Positions 20,215 through 31,548 of a DNA stretch of 64,000 nt are shown here, piece after piece. Source of the DNA: Bacteroidota bacterium. GTDB taxonomy: Bacteria > Bacteroidota > Ignavibacteria > UBA10030 > CAVZMI01. A program made the position numbers and the translations under genes. Each line of letters opens with the position of its first letter. Within the stretch, counting starts at the first letter, position 1. The notes beneath the pieces are model-generated. The model saw only the letters and a list, made by a program, of their open reading frames with translations, made no database searches and was not told where the DNA came from. The stretch lies in the NCBI GenBank assembly GCA_050011775.1, contig JBEKIL010000011.1, positions 82,044 to 146,043 on the forward strand, written 5' to 3'.

Positions 20215-20898
20215 ATGCAAGATGAAAAGAGTTTCTTACGCAATGTCCCAATTTTTGCCGATTTAGACGATAAAGATCTGGCAAAGATTGCTGCGCTTGG
20301 CGTTCGTAAGAAATATAAAAAGGGAAGCATCATCCTTCTGGAAGAAGAAACAGGATCGGCTCTGTTCACCATCATTAATGGAAAAGTGAAAATCGTCCGA
20401 ACGGACGATGATGGACGTGAGGTAATTCTTTCGATTCTTGGAAACGATGAGTTTTTTGGAGAGATGGCTCTTCTTGATGGACTCGCTCGATCTGCGAGTG
20501 TTGTCTCGATAACCAAATCCGAACTTTTTATTATCCACCGCCGAGATTTTCTGCAGCTCTTACACGATTACCCCGTCATTGCTGTTGTATTATTGAATGA
20601 ACTTACTGGACGTCTTCGGAAGGCGGATGCTCAGATTAAGAGTCTTTCGTTACGTGATGCGGCGGGTCGGGTTGCAAACGTGATTGTACAGCTGGCTGAC
20701 GATATCGGGCGGATCCGTAACGGACGTGTTGAGATTGAAGACCTTCCGTTGCAGCAGGATCTGGCAAACATGGCGGGGACATCCCGCGAGACAATTTCAC
20801 GCATGATCCACCAATTCATTACGAAAGGATATCTACAGATGCAGGGGAACGCGTTGATTATTAATGATTATGAAAAATTTAAGAATCTACTCAAGTGA
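20215..20898 (+). CDS. Crp/Fnr family transcriptional regulator (cNMP-binding)
   Basis: FFGEMALLDG..RSASV phosphate-binding cassette; HTH QQDLA.MAGTSRETISR. Confidence 0.92.
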   Translation: MQDEKSFLRNVPIFADLDDKDLAKIAALGVRKKYKKGSIILLEEETGSALFTIINGKVKIVRTDDDGREVILSILGNDEFFGEMALLDGLARSASVVSITKSELFIIHRRDFLQLLHDYPVIAVVLLNELTGRLRKADAQIKSLSLRDAAGRVANVIVQLADDIGRIRNGRVEIEDLPLQQDLANMAGTSRETISRMIHQFITKGYLQMQGNALIINDYEKFKNLLK

Positions 20899-20952
20899 GG
20901 TTTTCTACGGGTAAATCCATTCATTTCAAACATAGAGACTGATACGGAGCGC

Positions 20953-21777
20953 ATGGCGGGTAAGGTAGATCTCCATACACACACCACCTATTCAGATGGT
21001 GCGTTGACGCCTTACGAGCTGGTGATAAAAGCAAAAAAAGCGGGAATAGAAATCCTAGGTATTGCAGATCATGATAATGTTACTGCACTTGAAGAATCGA
21101 TAACCCTTGGTGTCCAAGAGGGGATCGAAGTTATTGCAGGTGTTGAACTCAGTGCAACAGTCGGTGATCGTGATATCCATATCCTCGGGTATTTTTTTGA
21201 TTACCAAAACCCGACATTGCTTGATTACCTTGCTCTTTTTCGAAAGGAACGTCTGAAACGTGCCGAGCGGATCGTTGAGAAACTTCATCATCTCCGCGTT
21301 CCACTCTCAATGGATGCTGTACTCGATCAAGCAGGTGTCGGTTCGGTGGGACGGCCTCACATCGCCAACGCTCTTCTAGATACGGGTTTGACGGATACCT
21401 ATCTCGAGGCGTTCGAGAAATACATCGGGTATGGATGTCCGGCATATGAAAAAAAATTTCAGCTATCACCGGAAGAGGCGGTAAATATTATTGCCTCGGC
21501 CGGCGGCATATCGTTCTTAGCCCACCCCGGGAAATATACAAGCGAAGCTGTGCTCATGCAGCTTATCAAAGGGGGAGTTGATGGCATTGAGGTGGTGCAC
21601 CCCTCACATTCCCCTGAACTTCAGGAATATTATAGAAACGTCGCGAGCCATTACTATCTTCTGGAAAGTGGAGGTTCGGATTTTCATGGAGGGAAAAAGA
21701 ATGATGATTGGGCGCTCGGTACGGTGACGGTATCAGAATCGCTCGTCGATGCGATGAAACGTAGACTCTTTGCATGA
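20953..21777 (+). CDS. PHP-domain phosphoesterase (TrpH/YciV-like)
   Basis: DLHTHT..SDG, DHD, GVELS, HILGY, GRPHIA, AHP, GGSDFHG. Confidence 0.9.
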   Translation: MAGKVDLHTHTTYSDGALTPYELVIKAKKAGIEILGIADHDNVTALEESITLGVQEGIEVIAGVELSATVGDRDIHILGYFFDYQNPTLLDYLALFRKERLKRAERIVEKLHHLRVPLSMDAVLDQAGVGSVGRPHIANALLDTGLTDTYLEAFEKYIGYGCPAYEKKFQLSPEEAVNIIASAGGISFLAHPGKYTSEAVLMQLIKGGVDGIEVVHPSHSPELQEYYRNVASHYYLLESGGSDFHGGKKNDDWALGTVTVSESLVDAMKRRLFA

Positions 21778-21828
21778 CAATAAACGTGGTGTATTTTTAT
21801 TGAAGTATTGACAAGAAGAGAGAATAAT

Positions 21829-22299
21829 ATGATGTATCAAGGTAAACTCACTGCAAAAAAAATACGGATTGGCATTATCGTTAGTCGATTTAACGATATC
21901 GTCACACACCGATTACTGGAAGGGGCGATGGATTGCCTTTTGAGGCATGAAGCCGATTCATCGTTAATCGATACGGTGTACTGCCCGGGTTCATTTGAAA
22001 TTCCTCTTATGGCGCAGACACTGGCACAGAAAAAACGTTATGATGCAATCATCTGTATCGGATGTCTCATTCGTGGTGAAACACCTCATTTCGATTACAT
22101 CGCTGGAGAGGTAACAAAAGGAATTGCACAAACGTCGCTCGCATGTGACATTCCTATCGGCTTTGGGATCCTCACCACCGATACCATGGAACAGGCGATT
22201 GATCGTGCTGGAGGGAAATCAGGCAACAAAGGATGGGATGCAGCACTCAGCGTTATCGAAATGATTGATGTAAGAAAGCAACTTGAGACAACGAAATAA
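21829..22299 (+). CDS. ribH: 6,7-dimethyl-8-ribityllumazine synthase
   Basis: [39 protein letters not shown]. Confidence 0.96.
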   Translation: MMYQGKLTAKKIRIGIIVSRFNDIVTHRLLEGAMDCLLRHEADSSLIDTVYCPGSFEIPLMAQTLAQKKRYDAIICIGCLIRGETPHFDYIAGEVTKGIAQTSLACDIPIGFGILTTDTMEQAIDRAGGKSGNKGWDAALSVIEMIDVRKQLETTK

Positions 22300-24560
22300 T
22301 GCGCTCTATGTGTAGACTTTTGCTTCTCCTGGTGGGCATGATGATTGCGTGGGCTCCGATATGGTCACAGGGATCGGGCGAATGGAAAAATTATACTGCA
22401 CAGAATAATGTCCGAAGTATCAGTGCGATAAAAGGCAACGTTTGGGCTGCAACGCAGGGCGGAGTATTCTGTTATCGCATCGCTGATTCAACCTGCCAAC
22501 AGTTCACAAATTCCGAAGGACTCCCGACCAACGATGTTACATGTGTAATTGCGGATGATAATGGCGGAGTATGGACCGGAGACGCTACTGGAGGCATTGC
22601 CCACTACAATCCGGGAAACGGTCAATGGCAGGTGAATCTCGACATCACAAACTCCAGTTTTCTAAAAAAACAAATAAATGCATTTCTTCTCTACGGTGAT
22701 TCATTGTTCATTGCCGGAGACTATGGCGTATCGCTCTTTTATAAACGTACGCTTGAATTTCGCGATAGCTATGTACGGTTTGGAAATTTTTCTGCATTGA
22801 ATAAAGTCAATGGATTGATGATCCTGAGAGATAACATCTGGATAGCGACGGCAATCGGTGCTGCTACGGCCTCTCTCAGCTCCTCAAATCTGATTTCTCC
22901 GACGGCGTGGCGGACATATACATCGTCTAATGGCCTGCCGTCAGATAGTGTAAAAACAATTTTTTCACTTGATAGTATTGTTTATGTCGGAACGGACCGC
23001 GGTGTCGCATATTTCAATGGGACGACATGGACAATTATGGATGCACTCGGCCCATTGTCGATTCAACATGCTGTCGTAGGAACAAACGGTGTATATGCAA
23101 TCACAAAAGATGCAATCTATTTAATTCAATCACCGACACAATTTCAAAAAATTGTCGATGTTCCAGCGGATATCCTTACAGATATCACCATGGAGAATGG
23201 TAAAATCATCCTTGGCTCGGGTTCGCGGGGAATCGGATTTGTCGAGGATATGGGTATCCGGTATACAATTCCGAACGGTCCTGCATCGAATCAGTTCATC
23301 AGTCTTGCAATAGATCAAAAGGGAATTCTCTGGGCTGCATCAGGATATAATCTTCAGGGTAAAGGTTTCTATAGCTTTGATGGAAAAACATGGACAAATT
23401 ATACGACAAATACAGATACGCTGATCAAATCGGATGACTATCACCGCGTTGTGGTCGGAGTAAATAATACCAAATGGATTTGTTCATGGGGTGACGGGAT
23501 GATGATGGTCCGCGATGATAATACACTCTATCGATATAGTTCTCAAAATGCTCCCTTCTTGGGTATTAAAAAAGATCCAAAATACATCTTAATCTGTGAT
23601 GTCGCTTATGACTGGAAAGGCAATACATGGTTTGTCGATTGGGATCCCGCCGACGAAAAACTTCTCTGGGTACTTCGTCCGGATTCGACTTGGAGGGGAT
23701 ATCCGATAGGATATAATCAAACGTACACGGATCTCAGTGGCATCTCGATCGACCAAAATGGGAATAAATGGCTTTATCAGCGATTGGCGACAGTTCTATC
23801 GCCGGGTTTGTTTTTCGTAGATTCAAAAGGAACATTGGATGATCCGTCAGACGACACATGGACACTGTTAACAACCTCATCGGGATTAGTGAGCAATAAT
23901 ATCACAACAGTGGCCGTCGATAATGATGGTTCAATATGGGTGGGCACTACCAGTGGCGCGAATGTTATTCTGAATCCGTCGAATCCAGAGGCCTCATTAG
24001 ATAAAAGTATTGTGATCCCGCTTGAAGGCATTAATGTAAATACTATTGCCGTTGACCCTCTAAATAATAAATGGATCGGAACAAAAGAAGGGATTTTTGT
24101 GCTCTCGGACAGGGCGTCAGTTGTTGCATCATATACGGTAAATTCCACAAATGGAAAACTTCCCGACAACGATGTGAGGTCAATTGCTTTTGATGGTAAT
24201 CGAGGTATAGCATATCTCGGGACGGAAAAAGGTCTGGCAAGCGTTAGAACTTCCTTTATTGCACCACAGCCGTTGTTCCAAGATCTTCTCTTTTACCCAA
24301 ATCCGTTTATTATTTCCACTGGGAAAACGTTAACTATTGACGGCCTGGTACAAAATTCATCGGTGAAAATACTCTCGAATGATGGAAGACTTGTCCGCGA
24401 GCTGTCAGATAAAAATTCTCTTCCGGGTGGCAGAGTTGCCTTCTGGGATGGAACCGACCAGCAAGGGGCGCAGGTGGCCAGTGGAATTTATCTTGTCGTT
24501 GCATATACCCAACAGGGAGATCAAGTCGCCACGGGAAAAGTGGCAGTGGTAAGAAGGTGA
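22299..24560 (+). CDS. PorZ-like beta-propeller protein (two-component regulator propeller repeats) with T9SS-type C-terminal domain
   Basis: Signal peptide; repeated GL.SN.V..I..D..G..W.GT; IAVDPLNNKWIGT; tail YPNP...WDG.D..G..VASGIY...K.AVVR. Confidence 0.75.
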   Translation: MRSMCRLLLLLVGMMIAWAPIWSQGSGEWKNYTAQNNVRSISAIKGNVWAATQGGVFCYRIADSTCQQFTNSEGLPTNDVTCVIADDNGGVWTGDATGGIAHYNPGNGQWQVNLDITNSSFLKKQINAFLLYGDSLFIAGDYGVSLFYKRTLEFRDSYVRFGNFSALNKVNGLMILRDNIWIATAIGAATASLSSSNLISPTAWRTYTSSNGLPSDSVKTIFSLDSIVYVGTDRGVAYFNGTTWTIMDALGPLSIQHAVVGTNGVYAITKDAIYLIQSPTQFQKIVDVPADILTDITMENGKIILGSGSRGIGFVEDMGIRYTIPNGPASNQFISLAIDQKGILWAASGYNLQGKGFYSFDGKTWTNYTTNTDTLIKSDDYHRVVVGVNNTKWICSWGDGMMMVRDDNTLYRYSSQNAPFLGIKKDPKYILICDVAYDWKGNTWFVDWDPADEKLLWVLRPDSTWRGYPIGYNQTYTDLSGISIDQNGNKWLYQRLATVLSPGLFFVDSKGTLDDPSDDTWTLLTTSSGLVSNNITTVAVDNDGSIWVGTTSGANVILNPSNPEASLDKSIVIPLEGINVNTIAVDPLNNKWIGTKEGIFVLSDRASVVASYTVNSTNGKLPDNDVRSIAFDGNRGIAYLGTEKGLASVRTSFIAPQPLFQDLLFYPNPFIISTGKTLTIDGLVQNSSVKILSNDGRLVRELSDKNSLPGGRVAFWDGTDQQGAQVASGIYLVVAYTQQGDQVATGKVAVVRR

Positions 24561-24663
24561 CCGCAGGGAAGAACATGAGCGAAGAAGGATTTTCGAACAT
24601 ACATCCGTCACTACAAATTATCAATTAAGGAAACCCGTTGCTACTTTTCATTGCTAGGAGGAG

Positions 24664-24960
24664 ATGACGTTGGAGAACACGAATCCGAAAGACAAGGTGT
24701 ACAAGGAAGAAGTCTTTACCAGGAGGGTCCGGGCTGGAAAACGGACATACTTCTTCGATGTGAAGTCCACAAGATCAGAAAAAGACTATTACGTTACCAT
24801 TACCGAGAGTAAACGAGTGGGGGAGGAGGAGTACGAAAAACATAAAATCTTTCTCTATAAAGAAGACTTCGATAAATTTATTGAGGCCCTCTCGGAAGCT
24901 ATCGATTTCGTTCAGTCCGAATTAACCGAAAAGCAGGCGACCCCTGTCGAAGAGACTTGA
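24664..24960 (+). CDS. DUF3276 / bacterial PUR-family nucleic-acid-binding protein
   Basis: VRAGKRTYFFDVKSTR...YY.TITESK, EKHKIFLYKEDF.KF; GGAGGAG RBS. Confidence 0.88.
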   Translation: MTLENTNPKDKVYKEEVFTRRVRAGKRTYFFDVKSTRSEKDYYVTITESKRVGEEEYEKHKIFLYKEDFDKFIEALSEAIDFVQSELTEKQATPVEET

Positions 24961-24989
24961 TTTATGACACATTGTCGCTGACGAACTAT

Positions 24990-25020
24990 TCGGGCGCTTT
25001 TACGGCGCCCGATATATTTC
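24990..25020 (+). terminator. intrinsic terminator-like hairpin
   Basis: TCGGGCGC-TTTTACG-GCGCCCGA followed by TATATTT. Confidence 0.55.
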
Positions 25021-25044
25021 AGGTAAACCCATTCCCCTTTTTCC

Positions 25045-25073
25045 TTGACTCTATTGGGTTTTTTCTCTATATT
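25045..25073 (+). promoter_or_regulatory. sigma70-type promoter of yceD-rpmF-plsX-fab operon (TTGACT-17-TATATT)
   Basis: Near-consensus hexamers with 17-bp spacer. Confidence 0.65.
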
Positions 25074-25167
25074 TTAACGTTTTTTTGCAGGACTGTTCTT
25101 TCAAACATGATTCAAGGTGTGGTTTTATCCAACAGAACTGCATATTTATTGGGAATTCGGTCAGGTT

Positions 25168-25668
25168 ATGCAAATAAATATCTCAAATCTGGCGCAGGGC
25201 ATTCACACATATTCTCTTGAAGTAGCACCTGCAGATCTTGAGATCCAGCAGCACTTTACTTCGGTTATTAAGGCCGAAGTAACGCTCGATAAGAGTGTCC
25301 ACCAGATTTTATTGGAAGTCTGGATTCCTGGAGTAGAAGGTCATTTTCTATGTGACCGATGTGTTGAGGAGTTCAGCAGGATTATTACATGTAGTTACCG
25401 GAAAGTGTATGTCAGCCGGGAAATTGATGGTGTTGCTTTCAATGGGGACGAAATCGAGATTATTTCCCCTGATATGAACATCATTGATCTGTCCAATGAT
25501 GTACGGGATGAAATTTTACTGGCGATCCCCTTGAAACTTCTCTGCAGAGAAGATTGTGCCGGTTTATGCTCACGTTGTGGAAAGAATTTGAATACCGGAC
25601 AATGCGATTGTGCACCGGCACCTACGGATTCACGGTGGGAAGCGCTGGCACGTTTACGTGATAATTAA
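25168..25668 (+). CDS. yceD: DUF177/YceD family protein
   Basis: CDRC, LAIP.K.LC.EDC.GLC..CG.NLN...C.C...DSRW..L; synteny upstream of rpmF. Confidence 0.9.
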   Translation: MQINISNLAQGIHTYSLEVAPADLEIQQHFTSVIKAEVTLDKSVHQILLEVWIPGVEGHFLCDRCVEEFSRIITCSYRKVYVSREIDGVAFNGDEIEIISPDMNIIDLSNDVRDEILLAIPLKLLCREDCAGLCSRCGKNLNTGQCDCAPAPTDSRWEALARLRDN

Positions 25669-25760
25669 AGCCTGATAAGCCGTGTTCCATTTCCAATGTT
25701 TTTCTTCAGGAGATGCGGGTGTCTCGGTGAAATTCAAATATATGTTGATAGGAGGTCAGT

Positions 25761-25943
25761 ATGCCAAATCCAAAACGACGCCAATCAAAAGCACGTGGAC
25801 GCAAACGTCGAACTCATTATAAAGCTATAGTCCCCTCGTATGGTGAATGCCCAAATTGCCACGAGCCAAAACTTCACCATCGTGCATGCCCAAACTGCGG
25901 CTATTACAATGGACGTTCCATTGTAAGCCCAAAAGAATCCTAA
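25761..25943 (+). CDS. rpmF: 50S ribosomal protein L32 (zinc-ribbon type)
   Basis: [20 protein letters not shown]...[10 protein letters not shown]; AGGAGG RBS. Confidence 0.96.
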   Translation: MPNPKRRQSKARGRKRRTHYKAIVPSYGECPNCHEPKLHHRACPNCGYYNGRSIVSPKES

Positions 25944-26033
25944 AATGTATTTCCTTTGACGCATGTGATCACACGAACGGATCGATAACGTGAATGATCT
26001 TATGCAACCCCCAATAACCCGGTTAGGCAGACG

Positions 26034-27044
26034 TTGAATAAAAGTCGTGTAATACGAATTGCTGTTGATGCAATGGGAGGCGATCACGCCCCTTATGTCG
26101 TTGTAGAAGGAGCTCTCGATGCACTTAGACAAACCGCAAACCGGTTCGAGGTTATTCTTGTCGGTGATAAAAATGCAATAACAACAGAATTACAGAAATA
26201 TCCCGGATCGTCGCAATCGGTCCGGATCGAACATGCTGCGGAAGTGGTAAATTTCGATGACGACGCGCTTGCTCCCGTACGTACGAAAAAACAATCATCG
26301 ATTGCCGTTGGACTTCAATTGCATAAATCAGGCGAGGCCGATGCGTTTGTGAGTGCAGGACATACTGGTGCCGTGATGTCGGCTTCGACACTGCTCCTCG
26401 GACGTATCGAAGGAGTCGGGCGGCCGACAATCGCCGCCACGCTGCCGTCAGAAAAAGGATATTGTTTATTGACAGATGCCGGGACAAATGTCGATTGCCG
26501 GCCGCAGCATCTCCGTGAATTTGGCATAATGGCAAGTATTTTTGCGGAAGAAATTCTGCATTATCCAAAGCCAAGAATCGGACTCTTAAGTTTTGGTGAA
26601 GAAAAAAATAAAGGAAATGAACTCACTCTTGAAGCATACAAACTGCTGGAACAGAGCGGTTTAAATTTCATCGGGAATATCGAAGGGCGTGACATCCTAA
26701 AAGGTAATGTCCAGGTCGTGGTCTGCGACGGTTTTGTCGGTAATGTTGTTTTAAAATTTGCTGAAGGGATGGTTGAACTCTTACGTGTAAGACTGAAGAT
26801 GTATGCAAAAGTATCGCTCTGGAATAAAATACGTATTGCTTTTGCCTATGGTACTCTGAAAAAAGTATTGAAGGAATTTGATTATCAGGAATATGGCGGC
26901 GTTCCACTTCTTGGTGTCAATGGAGTAACCATTATCGGTCATGGGAAATCGAGCGCCAAGGCAATAAAAAACATGATATTAAAAGCCGAAGAAATGGTTA
27001 TTAAACAGGTAAACATAAAGATTCAACACGCACTTGCTACGTAG
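26034..27044 (+). CDS. plsX: phosphate acyltransferase
   Basis: IAVDAMGGDHAP, SAG.TGA, RP.I, D.G.NVD, GN.EGRD, DGF.GNVVLK, HGKS. Confidence 0.96.
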   Translation: MNKSRVIRIAVDAMGGDHAPYVVVEGALDALRQTANRFEVILVGDKNAITTELQKYPGSSQSVRIEHAAEVVNFDDDALAPVRTKKQSSIAVGLQLHKSGEADAFVSAGHTGAVMSASTLLLGRIEGVGRPTIAATLPSEKGYCLLTDAGTNVDCRPQHLREFGIMASIFAEEILHYPKPRIGLLSFGEEKNKGNELTLEAYKLLEQSGLNFIGNIEGRDILKGNVQVVVCDGFVGNVVLKFAEGMVELLRVRLKMYAKVSLWNKIRIAFAYGTLKKVLKEFDYQEYGGVPLLGVNGVTIIGHGKSSAKAIKNMILKAEEMVIKQVNIKIQHALAT

Positions 27045-27060
27045 TAATAGAAGGATTTTC

Positions 27061-28065
27061 ATGGAAAACATTCGTGCAACAATTACGGGTATCGGACACT
27101 ATGTACCAGATAAGATTCTTACAAATTTTGATCTTGAAAAAATGGTTGATACCTCCGATGAATGGATACGAACGCGCACAGGTATTCGGGAGCGACATAT
27201 CCTTGAGCACGGCGGTACCTCGGATATGGGTGCAAAGGCTCTTCAATCGTTGATGGCTAACAGCAACCTTGATCCATCGGAAATCGAAGTTCTTATTGTC
27301 GCGACCATTTCTCCTGACATGATGTTTCCATCGACATCCTGCTTAATTCAAAATAAAATCGGGGCGTCGAAGGCATTTTGTATCGACCTGTCAGCCGCCT
27401 GCTGCGGTTTTATCTATGCACTGGTAGTCGGTGCGCAATTCATCGAAAATGGAAGATATAAAAAAGTTGTCGTTGTTGGCGCCGATAAAATGAGCTCCAT
27501 TACCGACTATACAGATAGAAACACATGCATTTTATTCGGCGATGCAGCAGCAGCAGTGCTTCTTGAGCCGAGTGAAGATCTTCAATACGGATTAATTGAC
27601 CATAAGTTCTACTCGGACGGATCCGGAGCACCCTTTCTCTATCTGAAAGGGGGAGGGAGCTTGTATCCGGCAACTCACGAGACCGTCGACAAGGGATGGC
27701 ACTACCTCTATCAGGATGGAAAATCGGTGTTTAAAATTGCAGTGGTCGGAATGGCCGACGTCTCAGAAGAAATCCTTAAGCGAAACAAACTCACCGGCGC
27801 CGATATTGACTGGCTGGTTCCCCATCAGGCTAATATGCGGATTCTAACGGCAACGGCCGAGCGGATGGGACTCGAAATGTCAAAAGTGATGGTCAATATC
27901 GACCGTTACGGAAATACCACCGCCGCCACAATTCCTCTCTGTCTGTCAGAATGGTGGCAAAATGGGAAATTGCGGAAAGGACAGCGAATAATTATCTCAA
28001 GTTTCGGTGCAGGGTGGACTTGGGGTGCCGCTCTTCTTCGATGGTCTCTTGACCTGAAACAATAA
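27061..28065 (+). CDS. fabH: 3-oxoacyl-ACP synthase III
   Basis: DTSDEWIRTRTGIRER, AAC, FGD.A.A, PHQAN, YGNT catalytic triad. Confidence 0.96.
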   Translation: MENIRATITGIGHYVPDKILTNFDLEKMVDTSDEWIRTRTGIRERHILEHGGTSDMGAKALQSLMANSNLDPSEIEVLIVATISPDMMFPSTSCLIQNKIGASKAFCIDLSAACCGFIYALVVGAQFIENGRYKKVVVVGADKMSSITDYTDRNTCILFGDAAAAVLLEPSEDLQYGLIDHKFYSDGSGAPFLYLKGGGSLYPATHETVDKGWHYLYQDGKSVFKIAVVGMADVSEEILKRNKLTGADIDWLVPHQANMRILTATAERMGLEMSKVMVNIDRYGNTTAATIPLCLSEWWQNGKLRKGQRIIISSFGAGWTWGAALLRWSLDLKQ

Positions 28066-28075
28066 GGTACAATTA

Positions 28076-28990
28076 ATGGGTGTCGTAGCATTTGTGTATC
28101 CGGGGCAGGGCTCCCAGTACGTAGGAATGGGAAAAGATCTCTATGAGCAAAACCCGCTCGCAAAAGAACTTTTTCAAAAAGCCGATGATATGCTCGGTAT
28201 TTCATTAAGCTCGATTTGTTTTAACGGACCGGAAGAAGAGTTACGACGGACAAAAAATACTCAACCGGCGATCTTTTTACATAGCGTAATTCTGACAAAG
28301 CTTCTGCGATACCGTCCTGCGATGGTGGCGGGACATTCGCTTGGTGAGTATTCAGCACTGGTGTGCTCCGGAGCGATTTCATTCGAAGATGGTCTGAAGC
28401 TCGTCCGTTTGCGAGGCGAGTTGATGCAACGTGCCGGCGAGGAACACCCGGGAACAATGGCTGCGATTATCGGACTCGAAGGATATGTAATCGAAGATAT
28501 ATGCCGGGAAGCAAGCATGGCAGGAATTGTACAACCTGCAAATTTTAATTCGCCGGGACAGGTTGTTGTTTCAGGGTCAATACCTGGTGTACGAAAATCG
28601 ATGGAACTGGCAAAGGCACGCGGTGCAAAAATCACGAAAGAGCTGGTCGTCAGCGGTGCATTTCATTCACAGCTGATGCAGAGCGCAGGCGATGGACTAA
28701 GAAAAACGCTCGCGACGATAAATATTTTTGATATTGAAATTCCTGTCTATGCAAATGTAACAGCACAACCGGTGAAAGCAGCAGAAGAAATACGCGATCT
28801 TCTCTACCGTCAATTACTCAATCCGGTGCGGTGGGAAGAATCGATTCGTTCAATGGTCAAAAATGGAGCAACACGATTCATCGAGGTCGGACCTGGAAAA
28901 GTGCTTCAGGGATTGGTAAAACGAATCAGCCCGGCTGTCGAAATATCAGGAATTGATACATTTCAAGAGTATCAAGCAGCGAAAGGATAG
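28076..28990 (+). CDS. fabD: malonyl-CoA:ACP transacylase
   Basis: PGQGSQ, TQPA, GHSLGEY, SGAFHS, EVGPG. Confidence 0.96.
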   Translation: MGVVAFVYPGQGSQYVGMGKDLYEQNPLAKELFQKADDMLGISLSSICFNGPEEELRRTKNTQPAIFLHSVILTKLLRYRPAMVAGHSLGEYSALVCSGAISFEDGLKLVRLRGELMQRAGEEHPGTMAAIIGLEGYVIEDICREASMAGIVQPANFNSPGQVVVSGSIPGVRKSMELAKARGAKITKELVVSGAFHSQLMQSAGDGLRKTLATINIFDIEIPVYANVTAQPVKAAEEIRDLLYRQLLNPVRWEESIRSMVKNGATRFIEVGPGKVLQGLVKRISPAVEISGIDTFQEYQAAKG

Positions 28991-29169
28991 ACAGCTTTTT
29001 CATCAGTTATTCTCGGTTATGTCGGAAATCATATGTAGATATTATCGGAGTAATAAAAAAAGACTTGCAAAAGAACTTGCATATCTTAATATTCAAAGAT
29101 ACAAGACCGGCAGGTCGGATTATAGGTCACTTGATAGCTTAGATAACAAGATAAGAGTGGGATTAGAAT

Positions 29170-29916
29170 ATGGGAGTATTTCAGAATAAAATTGTGCTCG
29201 TTACGGGTGGCGCTCGCGGCATCGGGAAAGCGATCTCATTGGCATTTGCAGCCGAAGGCGCACATATTGCATTTACAGATATCGTGCTCGGCGATGCCGC
29301 AGATATAACGTTGCAGGAAATCCGCTCAAAAGAAGTTAAAGCCCTTGCGCTTCAATCGGATGTAAGGGATTATGCATCAACGCAACAGGCAGTCGACATT
29401 GTGGTAAAAGAATTTCAACGGATCGATGTTTTAATAAACAATGCCGGCATCACACGCGATAATCTGCTGGTTCGTATGTCGGAGGACGATTGGGATGCGG
29501 TGATCGGAACAAACCTGAAGGGAGTATTTAACTACTGCAAAGCTGTTGCCCGGCAGATGATCGGACAGCGTGAAGGTAAGATCATAAACATTTCTTCAAT
29601 TGCCGGCGTTGTCGGAAACGCGGGACAGGTGAATTATTCAGCCTCGAAAGCCGGTGTAATCGGTATTACAAAAACACTGGCAAAAGAACTGGCGTCGCGG
29701 AATATTCAGGTCAATGCTGTCGCGCCCGGTGTCATTGAGACCGATATGACGAGAAAATTAACACCGCAACAGCGTGAGACACTGCTCGCTCCGGTTCCGA
29801 TGAAACGAATGGCCCAGCCTGAAGAAGTCGCCAGCGTTGTGCTCTTTCTTGCCTCACCGGCGGCAAGTTATATTACAGGACAAGTAGTTTGTGTCGATGG
29901 CGGTCTGGTAATGTAA
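29170..29916 (+). CDS. fabG: 3-oxoacyl-ACP reductase
   Basis: [21 protein letters not shown], operon context. Confidence 0.95.
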   Translation: MGVFQNKIVLVTGGARGIGKAISLAFAAEGAHIAFTDIVLGDAADITLQEIRSKEVKALALQSDVRDYASTQQAVDIVVKEFQRIDVLINNAGITRDNLLVRMSEDDWDAVIGTNLKGVFNYCKAVARQMIGQREGKIINISSIAGVVGNAGQVNYSASKAGVIGITKTLAKELASRNIQVNAVAPGVIETDMTRKLTPQQRETLLAPVPMKRMAQPEEVASVVLFLASPAASYITGQVVCVDGGLVM

Positions 29917-29989
29917 AGTACTTTAGACCGTCACTAATTATCATAGATCATGTTAAATAACTATCAATCACCTCGAAGGAGATTTACTA

Positions 29990-30226
29990 ATGGCCGATGT
30001 TGAAGCAAAAGTGAAGGAAATTATAGTTAACAAGCTTGGTGTCGATGAAGCTCAGGTGACATTGCAGGCTTCGTTTACGAATGATCTGGGGGCGGATTCG
30101 CTCGATACAGTTGAACTGGTCATGGAATTCGAGAAATCATTCAATCTACAGATACCCGACGAAGATGCAGAAAAAATCGCTACTGTCGGTGATGCTGTCA
30201 ATTACCTAAAAGGGAAAGTTGCATAA
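29990..30226 (+). CDS. acpP: acyl carrier protein
   Basis: [16 protein letters not shown]. Confidence 0.97.
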   Translation: MADVEAKVKEIIVNKLGVDEAQVTLQASFTNDLGADSLDTVELVMEFEKSFNLQIPDEDAEKIATVGDAVNYLKGKVA

Positions 30227-30296
30227 TTTCCTTTGTGGTTTTTTCCTTTTTTCATAGAGTGAGGGTGCGGTACTACAACATAATGGGGACTTTCAA

Positions 30297-31541
30297 ATGA
30301 ACAAACGCCAGGTTGTTGTCACAGGAATGGGTACATTAACACCTATAGGACTCAATGTTCGAGAGTTCTGGAAGAATCTTCTTGCAGGAGCCAGTGGTGC
30401 CGCCCCCATCACGTATTTTGATCCCTCAATCTTTGATACGCACTTTGCATGCGAACTGAAAGGATTTAAAGCGTCGGATTACCTCGATCGTAAATCCGTA
30501 CAACGAATAGATCCTTTTACCCAGTATGCAATGATCGCAACCGACATGGCAATTATTGATGCCGGTCTTAAGCTCGACACGCTCGACCGTGATCGTATCG
30601 GGGTCATATATGGATCGGGTATCGGCGGAATGATTACCTTCGATGCTCAATTCAGAAATTTCATAGCAGGCGGGCCCGGCCGTATCAGTCCGTTCTTCAT
30701 CCCGATGTTAATTCCTGACATCGCGTGCGGCATTATTTCGATCAAATATGGTTTGAAAGGTCCTAACTATGCGACCGTCTCAGCATGCGCGACGTCATCG
30801 CATGCAATCGGTGATGCACTTCGAACCATCCAATATGGAGATGCCGATATTATCGTGTGCGGAGGAGCAGAAGCTCCCATCACACCGATGGGACTCGGCG
30901 GTTTCAATCAGATGAAAGCCCTTTCAACACGGAATGATGCTCCTGAAAAAGCAAGCCGTCCGTTTGATAAGAAACGCGACGGGTTCGTAATGGGAGAGGG
31001 TGCCGGCACAATCATTCTTGAAGAACTAGGTCATGCCAGAGCGCGCGGTGCACGGATCTATGCCGAGCTGGCTGGAATTGGATTTACTGCCGATGCACAT
31101 CACATGACTGCTCCTGCTCCCGGAGGTGAAGGGGCGGTACGATCCATGTGCGCGTCACTTCGTGATGCCGGAGTCGAACCATCCGCCGTCGATTATATCA
31201 ACGTTCATGGTACTTCTACACCACCGGGCGATATTAGTGAGACCGCCGCTATTAAAACTGCCTTCGGTGATTACGCACGGGCACTCAATGTAAGCTCGAC
31301 AAAATCGATGACCGGCCATCTCCTTGGTGCGGCAGGAGCCGTGGAAGCAATAGCATCTATTCTTGCAGTAGTCAATGACGAAGTCCCACCGACAATAAAT
31401 TATGAATTTCCCGATCCGGAATGTGATCTGAACTATACTCCCAATGTTCCTGTAAAACGCACTGTGAATGTCGCCTTGAGCAATACGTTTGGATTTGGCG
31501 GACATAATGCAACACTCTTGTTCAAGAAATATCGGGAATAA
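30297..31541 (+). CDS. fabF: 3-oxoacyl-ACP synthase II
   Basis: VVVTG.G, SACAT, SRPFD..RDGFVMGEG, HGTST, TKSMTGHLLGAAG, FGFGG. Confidence 0.96.
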   Translation: MNKRQVVVTGMGTLTPIGLNVREFWKNLLAGASGAAPITYFDPSIFDTHFACELKGFKASDYLDRKSVQRIDPFTQYAMIATDMAIIDAGLKLDTLDRDRIGVIYGSGIGGMITFDAQFRNFIAGGPGRISPFFIPMLIPDIACGIISIKYGLKGPNYATVSACATSSHAIGDALRTIQYGDADIIVCGGAEAPITPMGLGGFNQMKALSTRNDAPEKASRPFDKKRDGFVMGEGAGTIILEELGHARARGARIYAELAGIGFTADAHHMTAPAPGGEGAVRSMCASLRDAGVEPSAVDYINVHGTSTPPGDISETAAIKTAFGDYARALNVSSTKSMTGHLLGAAGAVEAIASILAVVNDEVPPTINYEFPDPECDLNYTPNVPVKRTVNVALSNTFGFGGHNATLLFKKYRE

Positions 31542-31548
31542 ATTCTTT

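Noticed and set aside
21778-21828. FMN riboswitch upstream of ribH
   Set aside because: Gap too short and no RFN consensus
25964-25973. TGTGATCACA palindrome between rpmF and plsX as a Crp site
   Set aside because: Lacks the 6-bp spacer of TGTGA-N6-TCACA
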